Shown: positions 52,651-64,000 of the stretch, piece after piece
How positions within the stretch are numbered: the first letter of the stretch is position 1
Layout: each line of letters starts with the position of its first letter
Source: Octopus sinensis
Lineage: Eukaryota
NCBI RefSeq assembly: GCF_006345805.1
Contig: NC_043005.1
Span: 84,754,001 to 84,818,000, forward strand
Direction: 5' to 3'
Length of the DNA: 64,000 nt
Program-made: the position numbers and the translations under genes
The notes under the pieces: model-generated
The model's database searches: none
What the model saw: only the letters and a program-made list of their open reading frames with translations
What the model was told of the DNA's origin: nothing

Positions 52651-52849
52651 CACTGTGAGCTCTGGGACAAAGACCGCTTCGCTCAACAAACAAACAAACA
52701 TCAACAGCAATATCAAGATCAAATCAAATGGAAATTGCAGTTGTGACCCCTGTGCCAGTAGCACGTAAAAAGCACCATCCAAATGTGGGTCTCTCACTTC
52801 CATGTGTTCCATCCACTTTGAGAGATCCACACTTCTTTATGGAGCTGAT

Positions 52850-52881
<32 letters not shown>

Positions 52882-53089
52882 ATTGTGCCTGTGTTTGTGT
52901 CTTACCACCACTACCACTCGACAACCAGTATTGGTTTGTTTACATCCCAATAACTTAACAGTGTCTTTTGCAAAACTTCACCCTTCGCTTGACATACAAA
53001 GCGAAGCTTTTGGTCGCAAGATGCTACCTTTATCATTTCTTCCTTTCTAGTCAGCACCGTACATTCTGTACTCTTTCACTCTCTACTAA

Positions 53090-53500
53090 CAGACAATCAA
53101 CAGACGGATGGATTTGCTTTCAAATCTAAGGCAGAGTCAAGCTAGATCCCTACAAGATGAAGCCATGGTTTTACTTCATTCTCACAGTGTTTTCTTGGCA
53201 AAGACTGGTGAGGTTTGCCATTGTCCTCCCCAGCTGGAGCCTTTTGTCCTGTAAGGACCTCGTCCACCCTTCAACAAGTCCTGTTGTTAATCCTGTTGTG
53301 TGTCCAGACACCAACCTTACAAGAATACCAAGCTACTCACATAGGGAAACTGGTTTACTTGCTGGCCTTTCAACTATGGAACAGGTGAAATCGGTTCCCA
53401 TGGCACCAGTAACAGGTCCTATCAGTCTGTGATGAGGTCCTTGACTGCACTGGAAGGTTGTAAGGTACTTTTTTGGATAATAGCATCTTATTCTCTAAAG
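53090..53500 (-). pseudogene. Very old RTE-like C-terminal relic from a different family
   Basis: Fragments across frames (RCY..K.L, KDLITD, VTGAMG, SIVER, GH, VEG, EDN) are collinear with the RTE C-terminal pattern RCYRKIL..KDHITN..IG..IVKRR..WYGH..VEG..WEDN. Confidence 0.45.
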
Positions 53501-53823
53501 AACAATTAATTAGTGGCTGTTTTTGCTGATCTGCAGAGATCTCCAACATTTTTAATTTCAATTTTATGCTGAGAATTCTTCACCCAAGGTCACTGTTCTC
53601 CTGATCTGAGAAACAAAAACCATTGATCACCATAATAAATTGTTTATTCCATCATATCTCTTCAATATTTGGTATTGCAGAATGGAAGGAAGAGGTAGAA
53701 CAAGGTATGGAGGTACTTCATGAGATAAAGTTCAAATGATGATATTTACCAATTTCAGATAATTAAAGGTAATTACGCCAATTATACAACAGGTGGAATT
53801 AAAGTGTTTACATTATGTATGCA

Positions 53824-53857
<34 letters not shown>

Positions 53858-54294
53858 TGTGCATGAACGTATGTGTAACGGAGGTGACTTAGCAGAATTA
53901 CTAAAGTGTCAAACAGAATACTTTCAGAAATTTATTCTGACTCTGTGTGTTCTGAGTTCAAATCTGTCCAAGGTTAACTCTGACCTTCTCCCTTCCATGG
54001 TAGAGACAATTAAACTACCAGTCGTGCACTTGTGGCCTTTGAATGACTAAACTCTTAACTCAAATTTTTGGTTATGTCTCTATGTAAAAAAATCATTATT
54101 CAGGAATCTGTGTGTGAGTGTGTGCATATTATTATTATTATTGCTATTATTATTGTTATTGTTGTTGTTATCATTATCATCATCATCATCATCATCATCA
54201 TCATTATTATTATTATTATGATTATGATTATTATTATTATTATTATTATTATCATTATTATTATCATCATCATCATTATTATTATTATTATTGA

Positions 54295-54910
54295 GTGAGA
54301 GAGCAGTGCATGCCATCAAAGTGACACTGGGTAAAATATACGAAGCCCAGTATACCCATCATGACTACCCGTCTGATAAGGGTACACCAGGCACATGCAT
54401 CACAACCATATGTGCACGACATGGTGATCTCATATCAAGATAAACAGCACATGACCTTGTAGGTGGGGCCCAGTTAGACTTTTCTTCTGGTCGAGTAACC
54501 CATCCTGCTCAAAAGGTCCTTGAATAAGGGTTGTTTAAGGATGTTGAACAAAACACCTATGTTTCCAGAGGTGAATTATTCAAACCACAAAGAATCCCTC
54601 TCAACACATGGCTATGATGCTCCCCCACTACTTCTGCTCATGATCAGAGATGCACATATTGTCAGCCACTAAGGGACATGCTCAACTGGTTAAGGTCAAC
54701 AACTGGCAAGCAAATCTGTGGTATTGAGCAGAATATTTACTGTAGCCCATCTTTTATACCAAGACAAAACAATGTACATGATAACACTTCCAATCAGTTA
54801 AGATCAGAAGCCATGAGAGCCACTGCCTGGCACTGCATCAGGGCTGATAACACTTCCAATCAGTTAAGATCAGAAGCCATGAGAGCCACTGTCTGGTACT
54901 GCATCAGGGC

Positions 54911-54911
<1 letters not shown>
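54295..54911. repeat. ~600-bp interspersed-type element inside (TAT)n, with a 66-bp terminal tandem duplication
   Basis: GATAACACTTCCAATCAG...GCATCAGGGCT occurs twice (54780-54911); (ATT)n on both sides. Confidence 0.6.
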
Positions 54912-54975
<64 letters not shown>

Positions 54976-55034
54976 CATCATTATTATTATTATTATTATT
55001 ATCATTATTATTATCGTTATTATTATCATTATTA

Positions 55035-55445
55035 TTATTCTCTTTTACTCTTTTACTTGTTTCAGTCATTTGACTGCGGCCATGCTGGAGCACCGCATTT
55101 AATCGAGCAACTCGACCCCGGGACTTATTCTTTTGTAAGCCCAGTACTTATTCTATCAGTCTCTTTTGCCGAACCGCTAAGTAACAGGGACATAAACATA
55201 CCAGCATCGGTTGTCAAGCAATGCTAGGGGGACAAACACAGACACACAAACACACACACGCATATATATATATATACATATATACGATGGGCTTCTTTCA
55301 GTTTCGGTCTACTAAATCCACTCACAAGGCCTTGGTTGGCCTGAGGCTATAGTAGAAGACACTTGCCCAAGGTGCCATGCAGTGGGACTGAACCTGGAAC
55401 CATGTGGTTGGTAAACAAGTTACTTACCACACAGCCACTCCTGCG
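55035..55445 (-). mobile_element. tRNA-derived SINE, family A (young-looking)
   Basis: Full reverse-complement copy. Confidence 0.88.
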
Positions 55446-57084
55446 CCTATATTATTATCATTATTGTAATTGCCTTTGCATAGCTTCTAACACTAGAGAT
55501 GTACTACAGTGTCAGCTGTTCACCTGAAATTACTGGCCTTGTGCCAAAATTTGAAATGAGTATCATTATAATTACCATGACAACCACAAAAAAGCATTGT
55601 GAAATACAAATGTGCAGGGTTTCCTGGCCAAAATATGAATTCATTTCCCCATCTATCAATCTGGTGTAAACCAGATGCTTTTCATAATGGCTGTAATGAC
55701 TCAGAAGGCGTTTTGTGATTTTATTTTGATAGTTTCTTTACTCTTAGGAACTGATTGAGTACCATACTACATGTTGAAAATCATGCCCCACACACATACA
55801 TGTTTGCACACAAATACACACAGACACACACATGTTCACACAAACACACACACACAGATGCACACATGTTTACAAACACACACACACAGATGCACACATG
55901 TTTATACAAACACACACACACTCACACAGGTATACACATTTACACAAACACACATAGATGTACGCATGTTTACACACACACACACAAATGCACACACGTT
56001 TACACACACACTCACACAGATACACACATATTTACACAAACTCACATAAATACACACATGTTTACACACGTTTACACACACATACAAACACTGAGAAAGA
56101 GAGGGGGAGAGTGAGTGACCTATCTTGAAAATTCTGGGTTTAAATCTATTTTCCTTCATTCTACGTTTGATAAAATTATATAAACTGAAATCTCACCAAT
56201 CTCCTCAAATTTATGCCCCTTTCACTCATTTTAGAATCCCCTTAACTGATTAATGCCTCATCATCATCATTTAACGTCCGTTTTCCATGCTGGCATGGAA
56301 AACTGGGGTCTGGGAAGTCAGAAGGCTGCACCAGACTCTAGTCTGATCTGGTAGTGTTTCTACAGCTGGATGTCCTTCCTAATGCCAACCACTTCCAGAG
56401 TGTAGTAGGTGCTTTTTATGTGCCACTAGCACAGTGGCCAGAGGGGGCTGGCAACGACCACAATCAGTTGGTGCTTTTTACGTGCCTCTAGCACAGAAGC
56501 CAATCAAGGCAGTGCTGGCATGAATTTTTCATTCTTTTTCAATACAATAATCACCTCACATCTGCAAAAGAATCTAAACTTTTCACTGTTTTGATACTCA
56601 TTTTTACAGAATTTTAGTTACAGACAGTTCCAGATTTTAGATTCTCTACAATCTGGGTAAAAGAAGAATAAAACCACAAAATGCATTATTAAAGAATGCT
56701 CTTCAAATAAGAAAATTCATTTAAAAATGGTTATTATTCATTCCTGTGAAATACCTTGTAACAATTAGTTTCAGTGCTTCTAGCAGAAATTCAGTTCCAA
56801 TAGATCTCTGATTCTTCAAAAGCTGATTCCATGTTCTTAAGTAATTACTTGTTAGTTGTAGTACTTCTTATGTTCTGAATTATCACCGTTTTCTCAGACT
56901 TTCTTCAAACTTTTTCATGTTCTTCAAATCTGCTACTATATGCGTATGCATGTGCATGTATATGTGTATACATGTATGTATATATATATATATGTGTATG
57001 TCTGTCTGTATTATTATATATGATGATGATGATGATGATGATGATATATATATATATTACACACATATATATATGTATATATAT

Positions 57085-57135
<51 letters not shown>

Positions 57136-57154
57136 ATATTATAATATATGTATA

Positions 57155-57187
<33 letters not shown>

Positions 57188-57492
57188 ATATATTTAATAT
57201 ATATATATATAATATATATATATATATTATCTATATATATATATACATATATATATATTATATATATAATATATCAAAGGGAAATGGAAATTAATTAAAA
57301 TTTACATTTCCAGTGGTCTAACGTGTAAAAATTTAGTCCAAAAGACTATATATTAGTCATAGGATACAGTGTACATTTAAACATATGAGGAATCCACTCA
57401 TGGGATTCAACATGCTAGAAAGAACAGCTAGGTTCTATAACTACAAAATTAGAGATAAAATTCAACAGGAACGAAACATTTTACCATCTAGT

Positions 57493-57579
57493 TTCTTGGA
57501 CCAATTGGTTTCGGATTTTAGGTTAGCAAGTAAATGAATAACATATACACTTGCCAGGTAAAATCATCTTCAGCAGGAA
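57493..57579 (-). ncRNA. Type I hammerhead, core intact
   Basis: Minus strand reads TTCCTG-CTGAAGA-TGATTTT...GCAAGT/ACTTGC...AAAATCC-GAAA-CCAATTGG-TC-CAAGAA; palindromic ACCAATTGGT; GUC triplet. Confidence 0.85.
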
Positions 57580-57944
57580 CACCTAGGGTTAAACATATAA
57601 ACACAAGGCAATCAAACTATGTGCCCCTTGTTTATATATCCTAACTTTTTCAAAATCTACTGCGCAGCCACAGCCCTTCGAAAGCAATAAAAAATGCCAA
57701 CATATACATATATATATATATATAAAGTATGTATGTTATCATCATCCTCATCATCATTATCATCGTCGTTTAATGTCCGCTTTCCATGCTAACATGGGTT
57801 GGACGGTTTGACTGTGGACCGGCGTGCCAGATGGCTGCACCAGGCTCCAATCTGATCTGGCAGAGTTTCTACAGCTGGATGCCCTTCCTAATGCCAACCA
57901 TTCTGAGAGTGTAGTGGGTGCTTTTACATCCTACAACTTCAACC

Positions 57945-58021
57945 CATCTAACAGCTGTTTCTGCTTCCAATGTTGTATGCTATTGCCATTGATATGCTAA
58001 ACATGGAGCTTCATCAGAGTG
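57945..58021 (-). ncRNA. Type I hammerhead, core intact, stems slightly eroded
   Basis: Minus strand reads CACT-CTGATGA-AGCTCCATGTT...AACATTGGAAGCA-GAAA-CAGCTG-TT-AGATG; palindromic ACAGCTGT. Confidence 0.75.
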
Positions 58022-58693
58022 AAGAATAGAGAAAAAAGAAGGGCATAGAGAAGAAAAAGGGAAATGTTGAATATGGTTGTAATCATACCATTTTGCTTGT
58101 GTATCTCTTTGGGACATTAACATTAGATATAGGTACAGGCTTTGCAGCTTGAAACTGAAATTTTAAAGAGATCAAATAGTGAAAGTCTACTAAATAATAA
58201 ACTAGACCTTTGTCTTACCCATATACATAAGGCTATCGGCACTTTTAAATATTTTAAGGACATTAAACTACTTCTATAATAGCTCCTGACCTGGGCCAAT
58301 CTAATTTGACCCCAAAGTCGATCGATCTGCCTCCTTGCTTCTGAGTCCTTCTAGTCTCATTTCCCTTTACTTTTACTTTCTAACCACTCTTGCTATACTT
58401 GCATGGTATGCTATATTGAAGGAACAAACCATTTCATCTCTGGGGTTCCTGGTATTATGCAATAGCGATAGCAAAGATATCTAACCTAAATGTAGCAGCC
58501 TGCACACCTTAACCAGTTCTTCTCCAATTCCATTAGGTGTGTATTCCTTACCCCAAGACACAGTTATTTCTGCTGCGCTTGTTAAATAATAGATGCAACA
58601 CACTATCCTACCTTTTACCCACGATTATTGTCTGGAGTTGCTTCACCTGATTCACACAATGGTGATTATATTATCTAGTTAAATAATATCAAC

Positions 58694-59090
58694 AGGTGCA
58701 TGAGTGGCTGTGTGGTAAGTAGCTTGCTTACCAACCACATGGTTCTGGGTTGAGTCCCACTGTGTGGTACCTTGGGCAAGTGTCTTCTGCTATAGGCTCG
58801 GGCTGACCTAAGCCTAGTGAGTGGATTTTGTAGATGGAAACTGAAATAAGCACCTCGTATATATATATATATATGTGTGTGCATGTGTGTGTATTTGTGT
58901 TTGTCACCCCACCACCGATGCTGGTGTGTTTACGTCCCTGCCACTTAGTGATTCAGCAAAAGAGACCAATAAAATAAGTACTAGGCTTCCAAAGAATAAG
59001 CCATGGGGTCGATTTGTGTGATTAAAGGCAGTGCTACAGCATGGCTGCAGTCAAATGACTGAAACAAGTAAAAAAATAAAAGAATAAAAG
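58694..59090 (+). mobile_element. tRNA-derived SINE, family A
   Basis: Full copy. Confidence 0.86.
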
Positions 59091-59751
59091 AATGACCTGT
59101 ATAGCATTCCACATTCCATATTGTTAATCCTCAAACTGCTCCCTACTGGTGGCTTTCTTTGATATCCAACCTGGTATTTTCTCTAACTCCCTACTCAGTG
59201 TAGTTTTTTATATAACCTCATCAATCTTTAATACTTTACTATTACTAACACTACAATTCCATCAAAGCGAGATCTTATAATTCAATTTCCTTTGTACCCT
59301 CCCTCAACTTTCAATCTCCAGAGAACACCTCTAAATTCTATCTATTTCTGCCCCCATCCCTTTGTCCTTTAGCCTTAGTTAGCATATCCTAAACCCCGAC
59401 CCTATGCCTAATTGACTTGTATGTTTTTATTTTTTCACTCTTAACTTTTGTTTTATTTATTCTTTCTTTCTTTATCCTTAATTTATATTAGGACCTCTCC
59501 TTGCTACCCACTTCTCTAAGACTACTATAACAAAATATCACTACACCCCACTCCAGCCAAACTAAGAACTAGTCTAGCAAACTCCTATCTCACCTGGGTC
59601 GTTGACCTTAGATATCATATTATACACTTTGATGAACTATATTCTTAACTTCAACGGCCATCTTCCTTGGTCCATTTCATATTTGGCCTCAACAGACTTC
59701 AGCCACATCCTTGCTGTATTCTTGGGATATTCTTGTATTTGTAAAATTGTT

Positions 59752-59836
59752 TCATCTGATGAAAAATGCCTTTTTTGCAATGAAATAATGTTCTCATTCT
59801 TCTATTAAAAAGATGCATAAGAAACAGCTGTAATGA
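59752..59836 (+). ncRNA. Type I hammerhead, core intact, base of stem II eroded
   Basis: TCAT-CTGATGA-AAAATGCCTTTT...AAAAGATGCATAA-GAAA-CAGCTG-TA-ATGA. Confidence 0.75.
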
Positions 59837-60330
59837 GCAGACAATTATCCAGCGTTTGTTATTATTAATTTGATTATCGAAAGACACCTGTTGTTATGTC
59901 CATTTAATTGCATTTGTATTTGTGTAATGTTTCTCTGTTTTTTTTTCCATCCTTGTTTTTGTATACATTTGATGCTTTCTTACAAGGAATCTAATGCTCT
60001 TAGCTTAGTTTTTCCTTGGATCTTACCTGATTGGAGTAATCTTGAGTATAAACAGCTGAAATTGCAAAGATAATCTGGAACTCGACTGAGGATAGAAAAC
60101 TCCAAATGACCCGTCCTTGTTTTCTTTGTATCGTCTGTGTGGATGTTTTGTTGTTCCTTTTTTGTATCACCTAACTGTCTGAATGTTTTGCGTTCTTGTC
60201 CCATTTTTGCATATATATATATGTATATATACAATTTAAAAATAGGATAAAATCTTTATAAGAATTTATCAAGTAGTTAGCGTGAAAACCCTCATAAGAG
60301 AAAATATCCACCAATTGTTTTCACTTAAAT

Positions 60331-60683
60331 ATATTTATTTATATTATATAGAGGGCATTACTATACATAAATGCCACATGGTAGGAGGGACTCTTAAAGT
60401 CAAAACTACCAAAATAAATAAACACAACATGCCAAATGCAACTCTCAAAGCAAGTCATTTAAAAACAGAATTTAGCTGCATATCACCGTGATTTAATAAC
60501 TAGTGCAGCAATGCACTTTTTAATCCTCAATGCAAGCATAATTCAAGATTTATGATGAATGAACAAAATAAACATACCAGACGAACAACCATTTATTTAT
60601 TTTGGTAGTTTTGACTTTAAGAGTCCCTCCTAGTATGTGACATTTATGTATAGTAATACCCTCTATATAATATAAATAAATAT
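60331..60683. mobile_element. Foldback/MITE-like element, ~92-bp arms
   Basis: 60331-60422 is mirrored at 60592-60683. Confidence 0.8.
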
Positions 60684-60796
60684 ATATATACATACACACA
60701 TATATATATGCATATATATGTATAAAATATGGATGCTTGTATTATCTATCTATCTAGCTATCTAACTATCTATCTCTATCATCTATCTATCTATAT

Positions 60797-60846
<50 letters not shown>

Positions 60847-60968
60847 AAATATATGTATGTATATAAGCAGCTTTAATAAAAAAGCATATTACTCTACCTT
60901 CAGTATTTGAGTACTACGTTTCCACCTTGTTTTGCATTTATGTGCTTACTTGTGTGAGTGTATCTTTC

Positions 60969-61008
<40 letters not shown>

Positions 61009-61044
61009 ATATATATATATATATATGTGTGTGTGTATATATAC

Positions 61045-61978
61045 ATGCTAAATGGCAGTGAAACATGGGCCGTGACTGCTGAGGACATGCGTAAGCTCGC
61101 GAGAAATGAAGCCAGTATGCTCCGATGGATGTGTAATGTCAGTGTGCATGCTCGACAGAGTGTTAGTACCCTGAGAGAAATGTTGGACCTAAGGAGCATC
61201 AGTTGTGGTGTGCAAGAGAGACGATTGCGCTGGTATGGTCATGTGGCGAGAATGGATGAAGATAGGTGTGTGAAAAAGTGCCAATCCCTAGTAGTGGAGG
61301 GAACCCGTGGAAGAGGTAGACCCAGGAAAACTTGGGACGAGGTGGTGAAGCACGACCTTCGAACTTTAGGTCTCACTGAGGAAATGACCAATGACCGAGA
61401 CCTTTGGAAATATGCTGTGCGTGAAAAGACCAGGCAGGACAAGTGAGTCCAGCCCACTTATGCATGCCTTTCCTCCCTTGGACACACAAAGACCTGTTGG
61501 GGCAAGCAAAGTCGATATTGAACCTCATCCGATGACAGGCACCTATGCCAACCCCGCTTTGCTTGCAAAGACCTGTTGGGGCAAGGGAAATCAGAATCGA
61601 AATTGAACCAATCCTATGACTGGCACCCGGCAGATGCCAGGACCCCTGGACTGGAGATACATAAAAAGCACTATCCGAATCGTGGCCAATGCCAGTGCCG
61701 CCTCGACTGGCTTCTGTGCAGGTGGCACGTAAAATGCACCAATTCGACCATGGCCGATGCCAGCCTCGCCTGGCACCAGTGCAGGTGGCACGTAAAAAGC
61801 ACCCACTACACTCACGGAGTGGTTGGCGTTAGGAAGGGCATCCAGCTGTAGAAACATCGCCAGATAAGACCAGAGCCTGGTGCAGCCTTCTGGCTTCCCA
61901 GATCCCCGGTCGAACCGTCCAACCGATGCTAGCATGGAGAACGGACGTTAAACGATGATGATGATGATGATGATGACA
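61045..61978 (+). mobile_element. RTE LINE 3' fragment (ORF end, 3'UTR, (GAT)n tail)
   Basis: GSETWAVTAEDMRKL...RLRWYGHVARMDEDRCVKKC...GRPRKTWDEVVKHDL...; same tail as the 46.6-50.6 kb copy. Confidence 0.93.
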
Positions 61979-62983
61979 TAGAGACATCACTATATTTCTA
62001 TTGATTCCAGACACTTCCGCTTTGTGTCTCTGTTACATCAATAAGATCACTCAAGAATCATTTCCAATAACCACTTCTGCATCTATTTTTACCATTTCCA
62101 TCCATTTCTCAACCCACCATTTTCTAATGAATTCCAGTGTCCCCTTTTCCCCTTATCCAAACATGATTCTTCATAATCCTCCACCCGCATACTACATAGT
62201 TTTGTCTCTGTTTCCCACATCTTTGGCGCCATCTTATGGCCGCTTATTGAATTCTCACTTCAACAAATACCTTTTGTTTTATACAGCATTTATGCTAATT
62301 TATGTTAGATCTTGTTACATTTGTCTTAGGCGAAGGCGTGGCTTTTCCCCAAGGTGCCATGCAGTGGAATTGAACCCGCAAACCACATGGGTGCAGAGCA
62401 AGTGTCTTAACCACACGGCCATGGCTGTGTCTGTAGAGATCTCCAACATTTTTAATTTCAATTTTATGCTGAGAATTCTTCACCCATGGTCACTGTTCTC
62501 CTGATCTGAGAAACAAAAACCATTGATCACCATAATAAATTGTTTATTCCATCATATCTCTTCAATATTTGGTATTGCAGAATGGAAGGAAGAGAAGTAG
62601 AACAAGGTATGAAGGTACTTCTTCATGAGATAAAGTTCAAATGATGATATTTACCAATTTCAGATAATTAAAGGTAATTACGCCAATTATACAACAGGTG
62701 GAATTAAAGTGTTTACATTATGTATGCATGCGTGTGTGTGTGTGTGTGTGTTTGTGTGTTTGTTTGTGTGTTTGTGTGTATTATGTGTATGTGTGTGTGT
62801 GTGTGTGGTTTGTGTGTGTATGTGCTTGTGTGTGAGGTTGTGCGTGAATGTATGTGTGTTTGTGTGTGTGTGTGTTTGTGTGTGTATATGCGTGTGTATG
62901 TATGTGCCTGTGTATGTATGTATGTGTGTGTATGTGTGTGTATGTGTGTATGTGTGTGTGGTTATGTGTGTGTGTGTGTATAC

Positions 62984-63026
<43 letters not shown>

Positions 63027-63424
63027 ATATGTACAGCTATATACGAGTGTAAGGGTGGCGAATTCGGGAATTGCCAAGGCATAAGAACTTCTTGCCATTG
63101 TCGCTGCAGTTCTCTGCATTATGAGTTCAAACCACTCAGTTGTTCAAATTTGCTACTCATAATTTGGTGATCAATAATTAATGTTTCAGTTCAAAAAACT
63201 AGAGTTGGCTGTGGTGGTGGTGGTGGGGGAAGTTTGTTCCTTCTTTCATTCCATCATTCTTTCTTCCTCCCTTCCTGGCAAAAGCAAAGTTAACTTGAGC
63301 AGGATTTGAACTCAGAACATATAGTTAGGCTAAATGCCACAAAGTTCATTTTGTCCAGCATGTTAACAATTCTGCCAGCTCTACTACTACCACCACCACC
63401 ACCACCACCACCACCACCATATAT

Positions 63425-64000
63425 ATGATGAAAAGAAATATAACAAGTAACTGCAGAATATGTGGAGATGGATAAGAAACAATAAATCATATTATCTCTG
63501 GCTGCCCAGTCCTGGCTGCCCAGTCCTGGCTAAGAAGGAATATATTCATAGACATGACAGAGTTGGAACCTACATACACTGGAAGCTATGCCAACATAAT
63601 GGAATAACAACAGAAAAAAGATGGTATAGGCACACACCAGAAAAGGTCACAGAAAACGAGAAAGCAACCATACTCTGGGATATGCCGATACACACAGATA
63701 GAAAAATTAAGGCCAACAGACCAGATATAGTTGTCAGAGATCACGAAGAAAAAAATGCTTTCTAATTGATGTATCAATACCAGCAGATGACAATGTGTCT
63801 CTAAAAGAAATGGAGAAACTTTCAAAATACAAAGACCTGGAAATAGAGGTAACCAGAATATGGAATCTAAAAACAGAAACAATTCCTATCATAGTAGGTG
63901 CATTAGGCATGATAAAAAAATATTCAGACAAATACATAACAAAAACACCAGGACTTATAAACACATATAACATACAGAAAATTGCACTACTAGGCACTGC
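63425..64000 (+). mobile_element. Non-LTR retrotransposon fragment with CCHC knuckle and restriction-like endonuclease (R4/Dong-like), decayed, runs off the window
   Basis: CRICGDG*ETINHIISGC; ANRPDIVV...LIDVSIP...KEMEKLSKYKDL...VGALG...QKIALLGTA. Stop at 63473-63475, a 14-bp duplication near 63499-63526 and an A-run frameshift near 63750. Confidence 0.9.

Noticed and set aside
53640-53725. Signal-peptide-like MKYLHTLFYLFLPF on the minus strand
   Set aside because: It stops after 19 codons, and the duplicate at 62.5 kb has a frame-changing indel.
60345-60420. Possible hammerhead in the arms of the 60331-60683 foldback
   Set aside because: A GACT/AGTC stem and AAAAC are present but neither arm has a recognisable CTGANGA.
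434-63170. Most ORFs in the supplied track (poly-YI, CV, HT, LS, II, NN)
   Set aside because: They are translations of (TA)n, (CA)n, (TC)n, (ATT)n and (CAT)n microsatellites, with no codon structure or domains.

Overview
AT-rich eukaryotic non-coding DNA, most likely from an octopus. This is inferred from the SINE/RTE-LINE repertoire and microsatellite load, not from a database hit. I can support no host protein-coding exon, and nearly all listed ORFs are microsatellite translations or retroelement fragments. Recognisable elements: (1) a decayed 5'-truncated RTE LINE (46572-50588, -) with a PHD finger inside its RT and an expanded 3'UTR, plus many short 3' fragments of the same family; (2) a decayed 5'-truncated Penelope-like element (PLE; 27264-30921) with RT C-terminus, GIY-YIG endonuclease, an inverted terminal copy and a hammerhead ribozyme; (3) two fragments of a restriction-like-endonuclease non-LTR element; (4) several tRNA-derived SINE families; (5) MITEs resembling Tc1/mariner, Merlin and piggyBac. 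The main unexplained signal is about 22 type I hammerhead ribozyme (HHR) motifs found by eye, about 7 with all core nucleotides intact. They belong to several apparently unrelated families and mostly lie in short non-coding elements bounded by (TA)n. One family joins a tRNA-like Pol III head to the hammerhead, and another has a recurrent non-canonical core (CUGUAGA). All folds were paired by hand, and no ribozyme activity has been shown.
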